DNA of 32,000 nt from Promethearchaeum syntrophicum (GTDB lineage Archaea; Asgardarchaeota; Lokiarchaeia; Sigyniarchaeales; Promethearchaeaceae), in contig NZ_CP042905.2 in NCBI RefSeq assembly GCF_008000775.2, forward strand, positions 2,040,001 through 2,072,000. Direction: 5' to 3'. Each line of letters opens with the position of its first letter. The stretch's first letter is position 1. Below are positions 8,541 through 16,962 of the stretch, one piece after another. The position numbers and the translations under genes are program-made. The notes below the pieces were generated by a model. That model searched no databases, was not told the origin of the DNA, and saw only the letters and a list, made by a program, of their open reading frames with translations.

Positions 8541-9308
8541 ATGATGCTCGGATTGGAAAAAAATAATTATCAGAAAGCAAGCAATTGGATCCTGACCTCA
8601 AAATATACCGTAGTTTTCACAGGAGCGGGTATTTCTGTAGAAAGTGGGATTCCACCGTTTCGAGGTGAAAACGGCTTATGGTCAAAATATAACCCAATAT
8701 TTTTAGAAACAAATTATTTTAGAGCACATCCAAAAAAATCTTGGGAACTTATTAAAGAGATTTTTTATGATTTTTTTGGCCAAGCGAAACCGAATGAATC
8801 TCATCGAATTCTCGCAAAATGGGAGAAAAATAAATTAATTCAAACGATTATTACCCAGAATATCGATAATCTCCATCATGAAGCGGGGAGTAAAAACATT
8901 TTGGAATTCCATGGAACCGCCCAAACTCTTTCATGCATAGATTGTAATATGCAATATTGCAGTAAAAAATTCCTGAATTCGCTTCCACCACACTGTTCTG
9001 ATTGCGGTGGATTATTAAAGCCCGATTTTGTTTTTTTTTCAGAACCGATTCCCACGATAGTTCATCAAGATTCAATAACAAATGCTAAAATAGCGGATTT
9101 ATTCATTCTGGTTGGAACTACTGGAGAAATCATGCCTGCATCAATGATTCCTTATGTAGCTAAGGAGAATGGGGCGAAATTTATTGAGATTAATGTTAAC
9201 CCTTCTAAATATACAAAATCCATTACTGATATATTTCTTCAAGGAAAAGCGACTGATGTTTTCATGAAATTGGATAAAAAAATTTTATCAAAGAAAGAAG
9301 AAAACTAA
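8541..9308 (+). CDS. cobB: NAD-dependent protein deacylase, Sir2 family
   Basis: Signature motifs are GAGISVESGIPPFRG, TQNIDNLH and EFHG. The Zn ribbon is CIDC...CSDCGG. Confidence 0.88.
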   Translation: MMLGLEKNNYQKASNWILTSKYTVVFTGAGISVESGIPPFRGENGLWSKYNPIFLETNYFRAHPKKSWELIKEIFYDFFGQAKPNESHRILAKWEKNKLIQTIITQNIDNLHHEAGSKNILEFHGTAQTLSCIDCNMQYCSKKFLNSLPPHCSDCGGLLKPDFVFFSEPIPTIVHQDSITNAKIADLFILVGTTGEIMPASMIPYVAKENGAKFIEINVNPSKYTKSITDIFLQGKATDVFMKLDKKILSKKEEN

Positions 9309-9502
9309 TCTTTAGCTACTTGATGATTTAGAATTTTTGTCAATCGAAGCAACCTTTCGGATATCAAATTATATAAAACTTTTCTTACCAACAATTTTTT
9401 CATTCTAAATTAGACTCAAAGGATTTTGTATTATAAACATTATTTTTTAATACTCCAAATCGGTCAATTATCTAATAATTATACAAATAAGCAGAGAGAA
9501 AA

Positions 9503-10375
9503 ATGACTAATCAGCAATATCGAAAAATAAAATTAGTGAAAAGAAGCCGTCAAGTAATGGAAGGGGCAGGAGTGCGATTGAAACGTGCTTTCGGTAGTCC
9601 TAACGATGCATTTTTTTTTGATCCGTTTTTATTATTAGACGATTTTCACTCGGACAAGCCGAAAGATTATCTTAAAGGATTTCCGTGGCATCCGCACAGA
9701 GGAATTGAAACAATAACTTATATGTTACATGGCGAAGTAGAACATCAAGATAGCTTAGGGAATAAGGGAATGATCTGTCAAGATGAAGTTCAGTGGATGA
9801 CAGCTGGAAGTGGAATAATCCATTCAGAAATGCCTAAACAACAAGAAGGTATACTTTGGGGGTTTCAACTTTGGGCAAATTTACCCGCTGTTGATAAGAT
9901 GATGAAACCTCGTTATAGGGATATAAGCAGTGATCAAATCTGTTTAGTACGGAGGGAGGATGGAACAAAAATTCGAGTGATTGCAGGAGAAGTTGATGGG
10001 TTCAAAGGACCGGTGACAGATGTTATAATCGATCCTCAATATTTAGATGTACAACTCCCTGCTCATTCTGAATTTATACAAAAAGTTCCAAGAAGTCATA
10101 CAGTATTTGCTTATGTTATTGAAGGAGAAGCCAGATTTGACCAATTTCATAATGACCTACTAGGAATAGAACAGATAGTATTATACGAAAAAAATACTGT
10201 AGGTAGAGTAAAAATTCAAACTGATAGTCATCCTGTTAGATTCTTGTTAATATCTGGAAAACCATTAAATGAACCAATTGCTTGGAATGGTCCAATTGTG
10301 ATGAATACGAGGGAAGAACTGAATACCGCTTTTCATGAATATAACAATGGCACATTTTTAAAATACAAGAACTAA
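9503..10375 (+). CDS. Pirin-family bicupin protein
   Basis: HPHRGIETITYMLHGEVEHQDSLGN carries the cupin metal-ligand pattern. Also present are VQWMTAGSGIIHSE and LWANLP. Length is 290 aa. Confidence 0.88.
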   Translation: MTNQQYRKIKLVKRSRQVMEGAGVRLKRAFGSPNDAFFFDPFLLLDDFHSDKPKDYLKGFPWHPHRGIETITYMLHGEVEHQDSLGNKGMICQDEVQWMTAGSGIIHSEMPKQQEGILWGFQLWANLPAVDKMMKPRYRDISSDQICLVRREDGTKIRVIAGEVDGFKGPVTDVIIDPQYLDVQLPAHSEFIQKVPRSHTVFAYVIEGEARFDQFHNDLLGIEQIVLYEKNTVGRVKIQTDSHPVRFLLISGKPLNEPIAWNGPIVMNTREELNTAFHEYNNGTFLKYKN

Positions 10376-10392
10376 TGTTGCTAGAATAGTGG

Positions 10393-10402
10393 TTTTTTTT
10401 TT
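10393..10402 (+). terminator. T10 tract, a putative terminator after the pirin gene
   Basis: A run of 10 T about 18 nt after the stop at 10375. Confidence 0.3.
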
Positions 10403-10503
10403 AATTTTAATGGTTATTTAATTGAATTTACAAATGAAAAGTGATGAAATTCAAAAAATTAGTTAAAAAACATTATAATAGCATTTTGTAGATAATTATT
10501 ATT

Positions 10504-11640
10504 ATGTATAAGGCTATCCCTCAATATCGAAAATTGCAGCAACACTTGGATAAGCTCCCTATTGGATATCCAGAAACGGAATCTGGAGTTGAAATTCGGA
10601 TTTTACAGCATTTATTTACTACAGAAGAAGCCGAAATTGCAATTGACTTAGATCTAATGCCCACTACCGCTGAAAAACTTCATAAACGGATAAAGAACTC
10701 CAATTATTCAGTTGATGATCTAGAAGAAAAACTTGATAAAATGGCTGATAAAGGAGCTATTAACCGACATGTAAAAAAAAATGGTTTGAGACTTTTTAGT
10801 AGTGCTTTATTGGCTATTGGAATGTTTGAATTCCAAGTTGACAGGATGACCAAAGAATTTTATTCCGACTTTTTACAGTACCTGGACGAAGCTTTTCGTG
10901 ATGAAATTTTAAGTACACGAATCCCTCAACTACGAACTATCCCAACTGAAGGTTCTATTGCTCCTGATTTGCCCATTATGACATATGATAACATTAGAGA
11001 TATTATTTCTTCATATAAGGGGCCTATTGCGGTAGCGAATTGTGTTTGTAAGCAAGGAAATGATCTCCTTGGAGAACCCTGTCATCAAACGAAAATGAGA
11101 GAAATTTGTTTTACATTCGGGAGTTCTGCGCGCAAATTTATAAGCGAAGGATTAGGTAGAAGTATCGATAAAGAAGAAACGTTTAAAATCCTTAAACAAG
11201 CTGAAAAAGACGCTTTAGTTCTACAACCTTCAAATACTGAAGTTCCATTCTGTCTGTGTCTATGTTGTGGATGCTGTTGTGAGATTTTAACAAGTGCTAA
11301 ACCACTAGAAAATCCCGTTCAGTATTTTGCGACAAATTATCGGGCAATAATTGATACAGAAACATGTATTGGTTGTGGTGTATGTGAAACGCGATGTCAA
11401 ATGGATGCCATTTCAATTGTAGATGATAAAAGCGTCATTGATTATGAACGATGCATTGGATGTGGACTGTGTATTACTTCATGCCCTGAAGAAGCGATGA
11501 AATTAGAACATGTAGAACATACAAAAAAGCCACCAAAAAATGGTGTAGAGTTATATATGAATATATTGAGAAAGAAAGTAGGAAATGCAAAATACATCAT
11601 TATGTTAACAAAACAGTGGTTTGGGTCAAAATTTAACTAA
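10504..11640 (+). CDS. Cys-rich Fe-S protein, paralogue 1, with a C-terminal 2x[4Fe-4S] ferredoxin domain
   Basis: Ferredoxin motifs are CIGCGVCETRC and CIGCGLCITSCP. Additional Cys motifs are CVCKQG...C and FCLCLCCGCCCE. By eye it is roughly three-quarters identical to the ORF at 14855-15994. Confidence 0.7.
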   Translation: MYKAIPQYRKLQQHLDKLPIGYPETESGVEIRILQHLFTTEEAEIAIDLDLMPTTAEKLHKRIKNSNYSVDDLEEKLDKMADKGAINRHVKKNGLRLFSSALLAIGMFEFQVDRMTKEFYSDFLQYLDEAFRDEILSTRIPQLRTIPTEGSIAPDLPIMTYDNIRDIISSYKGPIAVANCVCKQGNDLLGEPCHQTKMREICFTFGSSARKFISEGLGRSIDKEETFKILKQAEKDALVLQPSNTEVPFCLCLCCGCCCEILTSAKPLENPVQYFATNYRAIIDTETCIGCGVCETRCQMDAISIVDDKSVIDYERCIGCGLCITSCPEEAMKLEHVEHTKKPPKNGVELYMNILRKKVGNAKYIIMLTKQWFGSKFN

Positions 11641-11689
11641 TTTTTTAAAAATTTGATAAATTATTCATAATAAATTGAATTTGATCAAT

Positions 11690-12487
11690 ATGTATACGGT
11701 TGGAATTGACATTGGAAGCCTAGCAACAAAAATAGTGCTTTTAAGTGAGGGGAAAATTATAGCGATGATACAAAATCGCTCTTTACATAACTTTAGTGCA
11801 ATTGGAACCCAATTATTCAACCAAATTTTAGAAGAAAATAACCTTACTAATGGTGATATTGGAAATATTTACTCTACAGGATATGGAAGACATTCTATTC
11901 CCAATTTAACATCAAATATCGTAACAGAAATTTCTGCACACGCCCGAGGGGCACAATATTTTCATCCCAAAGTCCAAAGTATTATCGATATTGGCGGTCA
12001 AGATAGTAAGGTTATCAAAATAAATCCTAAATCGTTAAAAGTGATCGATTTCCAAATGAACGATAAATGTGCTGCAGGAACAGGTCGATTTTTAGAAGTG
12101 ATGGCAAATGCTTTAGACATCCCCATTGAGGATCTTGGAAATTTAGCTCTGGAAAGTAATTCTCCCGTACAGATCTCTTCAACTTGTACTGTGTTTGCTG
12201 AATCAGAAGTTATTGGACAATTTGCCCAAGGGGCGGCAAAACATGATATTGCAGCAGGAATTCATAATTCTATTGCAAAAAGAATTGCATCTATGGCAAA
12301 ACGGATTCAAGGTGTTGAGCCCATTGTATTTTGTGGAGGTGTCGCTTTAAATCCCGCGGTTAAAATTGCTTTAGAAAATGAATTAAAATTAAAATTAATT
12401 GTCCCCAAATATCCTCAATATACCGGAGCAATTGGAGCAGCTCTTATTGCTAAAGAAAAATTCAAAAATGGGAGTAAAATTCTTTGA
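11690..12487 (+). CDS. BcrAD/BadFG/HgdC-type ATPase, the activase of 2-hydroxyacyl-CoA dehydratase / benzoyl-CoA reductase-type enzymes
   Basis: The ASKHA fold motifs are GIDIGSLATK, DIGGQDSKVI, NDKCAAGTGRFLE and GGVALN. I prefer the ATG at 11690 (MYTVGIDIGS) over the track's TTG at 11675. Confidence 0.85.
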   Translation: MYTVGIDIGSLATKIVLLSEGKIIAMIQNRSLHNFSAIGTQLFNQILEENNLTNGDIGNIYSTGYGRHSIPNLTSNIVTEISAHARGAQYFHPKVQSIIDIGGQDSKVIKINPKSLKVIDFQMNDKCAAGTGRFLEVMANALDIPIEDLGNLALESNSPVQISSTCTVFAESEVIGQFAQGAAKHDIAAGIHNSIAKRIASMAKRIQGVEPIVFCGGVALNPAVKIALENELKLKLIVPKYPQYTGAIGAALIAKEKFKNGSKIL

Positions 12488-13527
12488 AAACATTTGCGTA
12501 TTTTGATAGTTCTCATGAATTTCCAGAAGAAATTATAATTGCCGCTCAAATGAATCCATATAAAATTTTAGGGAAAAATGATTTTTCTACGGAATTAGCA
12601 GATCAATACATTCCACAATTTATGTGTGCAAATGCTAGAAGTTTTTTGAATCAAGCGTTAGAAGAATCCTCTAAATGGGAAGGAATTGCAATTGCACACG
12701 GTTGTGACGCAACGAATCGCCAATTTGATATATGGGAACAGCACGTTCAAACACCTTTTCTTTATTATATCCACAATCCGTTAAGAACAGATAGAATTGC
12801 TCAACGATTTTTTATTCGAGAAATCAAAGCGATGATCAATGCATTAGAATCTAAATATCGCATTAAAATCACTTTAGATCAACTTGAAAAGGCAATCCAA
12901 GTATCGAATAATATTAAGATATTGTTGCAGAGTTTATCCCAATTACGAATAATAAAAGATATTTCTAATTCTGAGTATTTCAATGTAGTTAAATATTGTG
13001 TACAAAATCCAAAAGAAGAAATAATTTCATATCTCAACTCTATTTTGTCAGATTGGAAAACGAGAAATTCATTTCCGATTAATAAGATCCCCATATTTTT
13101 AACGGGATCTGATATAACTCATGCTTTATGGTATGAATTATTAGAAAAAGTAAACCTTAGAGTAGTTAGGGATGATCTTACAATAGGAGAGCGATATTTT
13201 GCAACTTTGATCCCGACTGATAAAGATCCAATATCAAATATCGCGAAATATTATTTGAATATTCCCCGTTCTTCTACAAAGCATCCTACAAATCCCCGTA
13301 TTAATTATATTCTGAAAGCATGCAAAAGCGAGAAAATTCATGGAGTTGTATCCCAAATTATAAAATATTGTGAGACTTTTGCATATGATGTTCCATTCTT
13401 AAAATCTCAATTAGAAGTTATTCACATACCAGTAATTCATGTCGAACGAGAATTTACGGAAAATATTGATCAGCAAATTTCAACTCGATTAGAAGCTTTT
13501 GTAGAACTTTTAGAACAAAACCGTTAA
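12484..13527 (+). CDS. 2-hydroxyacyl-CoA dehydratase / BcrC-BadD-HgdB family subunit (smaller)
   Basis: Its position is immediately after the activase, with a 4-nt TTGA start/stop overlap. The N-terminus AYFDSSHEFPEEIIIAAQMNPYKILG is typical of the family. Conserved Cys are present (HGCDATN, KYCETF). The family assignment is by eye. Confidence 0.65.
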   Translation: MKTFAYFDSSHEFPEEIIIAAQMNPYKILGKNDFSTELADQYIPQFMCANARSFLNQALEESSKWEGIAIAHGCDATNRQFDIWEQHVQTPFLYYIHNPLRTDRIAQRFFIREIKAMINALESKYRIKITLDQLEKAIQVSNNIKILLQSLSQLRIIKDISNSEYFNVVKYCVQNPKEEIISYLNSILSDWKTRNSFPINKIPIFLTGSDITHALWYELLEKVNLRVVRDDLTIGERYFATLIPTDKDPISNIAKYYLNIPRSSTKHPTNPRINYILKACKSEKIHGVVSQIIKYCETFAYDVPFLKSQLEVIHIPVIHVEREFTENIDQQISTRLEAFVELLEQNR

Positions 13528-13544
13528 AATAGGAAAAAACTAAC

Positions 13545-14843
13545 ATGACTGCTAATTCTTCAACTCATCCTCCTCGGAAATTAGTAAAAACTCTCAAGAG
13601 CTCTAAAGATATTGGTAATTTAATAAAATGGTATATGCTAAAAGCTAAAATTGCAGAATTATTACCGTGGAAAAAATCAGCATGGATTACTTCCTCAACA
13701 TCAGTAGAATTACTCTGGGGATTTGACATTTTTCCATTGCACCCGGAAAACAATGCTTGCATTGCCGGAGCAAGGAAAATTTCGCAAGATTTGATTGAAC
13801 ATGCTGAAAGTTTAGGATATTCTCGTGATATTTGCTCGTATATGAAAACTAATGTAGGGGCTTTTGATAAAAAGATAAGTATTCAAATGGGTGGTATCGC
13901 AAAACCTGATTTTGTGGTAACCTCAGGAACTATCTGTGATACTCATGTAAAATGGTTTCAAAATCAAGCGCGAAGAATGGATGTACCAATTTATGTTTTT
14001 GATGTGCCTCATATTGTCAATAATACTTCAAGATCCACAAAAAATCGATATAAGGGATATGTAATTGATCAAATTTATGATTTCTTTGATTTTGTTGAAG
14101 ATACTGTGGGGAAGAAATTAAATGAAAAAAAATTGATAAAAACATGGCAAAATTCTCATCGATTAACCGATCTTTGGCAAAAAATTTATAATTACCGCAA
14201 AAAAGTTCCATCTCCTATCGGATTTGCTGATACTTTAGGAGATATCTTTCCTTTAGTTATATTGCCAGGAATTAAAAAAGGGATCAAGTATTTTGAAAAT
14301 ATTCTTAAAGAAGTAGAAGAAGATGTTGCTTTAGGGAAAGGAATATTACCAAAAGAAGAAGAAAAATACCGATTAATGTTTGAGGGAATACCAATGTGGT
14401 ATAGGATTAAGTTTTTTCATCAACTGATGAATTATGGAGCCGTTGTGACTTATGAACCTTATACTTTTTCTTTTGGGCCTTATCGCCCTTATGTGGATAA
14501 TCTAGAAGATGGGTTAAATGTGATGGCAGAACATTTAATGTATCAACCTTATATCTATAATTTATCAGATCGAATTGCGTATTTTAAAGATGTTATCAAA
14601 CAATATCATATTGATGGTGTGTTATTGCATGAAAATATGAGCTGTCGACCATCGTGTACAGGGCTGTACGATCTTAAACAAAAAATTCAACAAGATTTAG
14701 GAATTCCCGTTTTATTGTTTACTTGTGATATGAATGATCCCCGTGCTTATGCAGCGGAACAAATGCAAACTCGTATCGAAGGTTTTATGGAAGTTTTAGC
14801 GCAAAACAAAAAATATTCAAAAATTCAAAAAGCTTTAGATTGA
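13545..14843 (+). CDS. 2-hydroxyacyl-CoA dehydratase / HgdA-BcrB family subunit (larger)
   Basis: 432 aa. Family-like segments are FDIFPLHPENNACIAGA, DICSYMK and GTICDTHVKW. It lies in the same operon. Confidence 0.65.
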   Translation: MTANSSTHPPRKLVKTLKSSKDIGNLIKWYMLKAKIAELLPWKKSAWITSSTSVELLWGFDIFPLHPENNACIAGARKISQDLIEHAESLGYSRDICSYMKTNVGAFDKKISIQMGGIAKPDFVVTSGTICDTHVKWFQNQARRMDVPIYVFDVPHIVNNTSRSTKNRYKGYVIDQIYDFFDFVEDTVGKKLNEKKLIKTWQNSHRLTDLWQKIYNYRKKVPSPIGFADTLGDIFPLVILPGIKKGIKYFENILKEVEEDVALGKGILPKEEEKYRLMFEGIPMWYRIKFFHQLMNYGAVVTYEPYTFSFGPYRPYVDNLEDGLNVMAEHLMYQPYIYNLSDRIAYFKDVIKQYHIDGVLLHENMSCRPSCTGLYDLKQKIQQDLGIPVLLFTCDMNDPRAYAAEQMQTRIEGFMEVLAQNKKYSKIQKALD

Positions 14844-14854
14844 TTAATATTATA

Positions 14855-15994
14855 ATGCAAACTACAACTTCCCAATATCGAAAATTACAGCAACATCTTG
14901 ATAGACTCCCAATAGGATTCCCAGAAACGGAATCAGGAGTCGAAATACGAATTTTACAACATTTATTTACTCCAGAAGAAGCAGAAATTGCCGTTTTCCT
15001 TAATCTACTCCCTGAAAAAATACAAAAAATCAATAAACGATTAAAAAAGAAAAAAAAAAATCTGACAGAATCTGAACTTGAAAAAGTCTTAGATAACCTT
15101 AATGAAAAGGGAGCCATAAGTCGACATATAACACAAGACGGGACTAAATATTTTAGTATTGCCATGTTAGCTATTGGAATGTTTGAATTTCAAGTTAACC
15201 GTATGACCAAAGAATTTTATACAGATTTCGCGCAATATTTAGAAGAAGCATTCCGAGATGAATTTTTAAGCACCCGAATCCCCCAATTAAGGACTATTCC
15301 AACCGAAGGAAGCATTACCCCAGAATTACCTATTATGACATATGATAACATTCGCCATATAGTTACAAATTATAATGGTCCAATTGCTGTAACAAATTGT
15401 GTTTGTAAACAAGGTCAGGATATGCTTAATAATCCATGTAAACAAACGAAAATGAGAGAAATTTGTTTTATTTTTGGCAGTGCCGCTCGCAAATATGCAG
15501 AATCCGATTGGGGCAAAGTATTAACCAAGGATGAAGCATTTGAAATTCTCAAACAAGCCGAAAAGGATGGATTAGTTTTACAACCTTCAAATACTGAAAA
15601 AATTTTTTGCTTATGTCTATGCTGTGGGTGCTGTTGTGAAATTTTAACAAGCGCTAAACCACTAGAAAATCCCGTTCAGTATTTTGCAACCAATTATCGG
15701 GCAATAGTAAATATAGAAACATGTATAGGCTGCGGTATTTGTGAAAATCGATGTCAAATGGATGCAATTTCAATTGAGGATGGAAAAAGTGTTATTGATT
15801 ATAGTCATTGTATTGGTTGTGGGCTATGTGTAACTTCATGCCCTCAAGAAGCCATGAAATTGGAACATGTGGGGCATCAAAGAAAACCACCAAAAAACAC
15901 CGGATTACTTTATATGAGTATCCTCAGGAAAAAAATTGGAAATGCGAAATTTATTATTATGCTCACAAAACAATTGTTTGGAAAAACTTTTTAA
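14855..15994 (+). CDS. Cys-rich Fe-S protein, paralogue 2
   Basis: Collinear with 10504-11640 and with the same motifs (CVCKQG, FCLCLCCGCCCE, CIGCGICENRC, CIGCGLCVTSCP). An identical DNA run, aaaccactagaaaatcccgttcagtattttgc, occurs in both copies. I prefer the ATG at 14855 because it aligns with the paralogue's start; the track's TTG is at 14840. Confidence 0.7.
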   Translation: MQTTTSQYRKLQQHLDRLPIGFPETESGVEIRILQHLFTPEEAEIAVFLNLLPEKIQKINKRLKKKKKNLTESELEKVLDNLNEKGAISRHITQDGTKYFSIAMLAIGMFEFQVNRMTKEFYTDFAQYLEEAFRDEFLSTRIPQLRTIPTEGSITPELPIMTYDNIRHIVTNYNGPIAVTNCVCKQGQDMLNNPCKQTKMREICFIFGSAARKYAESDWGKVLTKDEAFEILKQAEKDGLVLQPSNTEKIFCLCLCCGCCCEILTSAKPLENPVQYFATNYRAIVNIETCIGCGICENRCQMDAISIEDGKSVIDYSHCIGCGLCVTSCPQEAMKLEHVGHQRKPPKNTGLLYMSILRKKIGNAKFIIMLTKQLFGKTF

Positions 15995-16002
15995 CATTTT
16001 TT
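15969..16002 (+). repeat. Copy 1 of a 34-bp direct repeat, at the native 3' end of Fe-S paralogue 2
   Basis: aacaattgtttggaaaaactttttaaCatttttt recurs at 16929-16962 with a single C/T difference. Confidence 0.85.
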
Positions 16003-16005
16003 TTT
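15997..16005 (+). terminator. T9 tract, a putative terminator after Fe-S paralogue 2
   Basis: A run of 9 T starting 3 nt after the stop codon at 15992-15994. Confidence 0.3.
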
Positions 16006-16042
16006 AGGAATTTTTTTAGCAATGAATATTTAACACTAAATT

Positions 16043-16747
16043 ATGATTGAATATTTCGTTTATTTCTTCCAATTGTTGCTTGTCTGTGGTGCATTTTTTA
16101 TTTCATTTACTCTTCTAAAACAGAATAAAAAATACCTTGGGAATCAATTGTTATCTGCTTCTCTAGGACTTGTTGGCATATATGCACTCTTGCTATTCAT
16201 CTATAAAGTTCTAAACAGTGCCACTCTTCTTCAAATTTGCATTAGAATTGGATTTTCTGCTTTATTATTCTCAGTATTTCTTCTATTTTGTACAATTCAA
16301 GTTCTTATGTATTCTTCTGTTATATTTAAAACAAAAAAAATGAAATTAATAATTTTCTTCTTGTTAGCACTAAGCATCTCAATAATTCTATTTGTTTCGG
16401 ATTGGATTTTAGTACAAAATGAGGATATCACAACTATGGAATATTATATGCCTGTATTTATAGCTTTCGCAGGATATATTGCATTTATGCTGATCTATTC
16501 ATCGATTACTCTTTATATATTTGGAATAAGAAAAAATACCGGTAAATCCAAACAATATATGTGGTTTTTCTTTATAGGGCTTGTATTTATGATTTTAGGT
16601 TTGGTAACAGAAGGTTTGGGTTCTGCAATTGAAGGTTTGGCTGGATTATTCGATATGCTGTTGTTTATTTGTTTATCTATCGGTGTGATTTTCATGGCAT
16701 TATCTTTATTGAGAAAAAAAGAGAAGAGTAATTTAGCTTCTAACTGA
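16043..16747 (+). CDS. Seven-TM membrane protein, paralogue of 25015-25713
   Basis: Seven hydrophobic helices by eye. Landmarks shared with the other copy include LLKQNKKYLGNQ versus ILKRDSSYKGNQ and VLMYSSVIFKTKKMKLIIF versus IFIYSTTWLKFKTQKIIF. Confidence 0.55.
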   Translation: MIEYFVYFFQLLLVCGAFFISFTLLKQNKKYLGNQLLSASLGLVGIYALLLFIYKVLNSATLLQICIRIGFSALLFSVFLLFCTIQVLMYSSVIFKTKKMKLIIFFLLALSISIILFVSDWILVQNEDITTMEYYMPVFIAFAGYIAFMLIYSSITLYIFGIRKNTGKSKQYMWFFFIGLVFMILGLVTEGLGSAIEGLAGLFDMLLFICLSIGVIFMALSLLRKKEKSNLASN

Positions 16748-16778
16748 AAAAAATAAATAAATCAATAAAAAAACGGCG

Positions 16779-16930
16779 AGATTTGGGTAACTTTTTGCAT
16801 AAGTAATCATGAAATTCCCATGTTTACGAAATTCCGTCATTTTTCCCAAATATTCAATTCTTGGCTAACCCAATAAGCCTTAATTTTTTAAACATACCTA
16901 TTTTTTCCATCTCTACGCTCGAATTCAGAA
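16779..16930 (-). pseudogene. Truncated relic covering the last ~17 codons plus 3' UTR of the HesB/IscA-like gene; it is copy A of a ~150-bp repeat
   Basis: Aligns with 18686-18836 with a few substitutions and indels. The stop TAA has become TTA. The copy ends abruptly at ...gaattcagaa, where the 34-bp repeat begins. Confidence 0.65.
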
Positions 16931-16962
16931 CAATTGTTTGGAAAAACTTTTTAATATTTTTT
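16929..16962 (+). repeat. Copy 2 of the 34-bp direct repeat, an ectopic duplicate of the 3' end of Fe-S paralogue 2
   Basis: aacaattgtttggaaaaactttttaaTatttttt, compare 15969-16002. Confidence 0.85.

Noticed and set aside
14785-15165. 126-aa minus-strand ORF
   Set aside because: It is antisense to the well-supported Fe-S paralogue 2 and the end of the dehydratase subunit. It contains a poly-F run that comes from the sense-strand A-tract. I treat it as a shadow ORF.
16043-16747. The 7TM paralogues as microbial rhodopsins
   Set aside because: Neither protein has a Lys in the seventh helix for a retinal Schiff base (DMLLFICLSIGVIFMALSLL and IHIFLSLAFIFVAIAIL). The rhodopsin helix-3 motifs are also absent.
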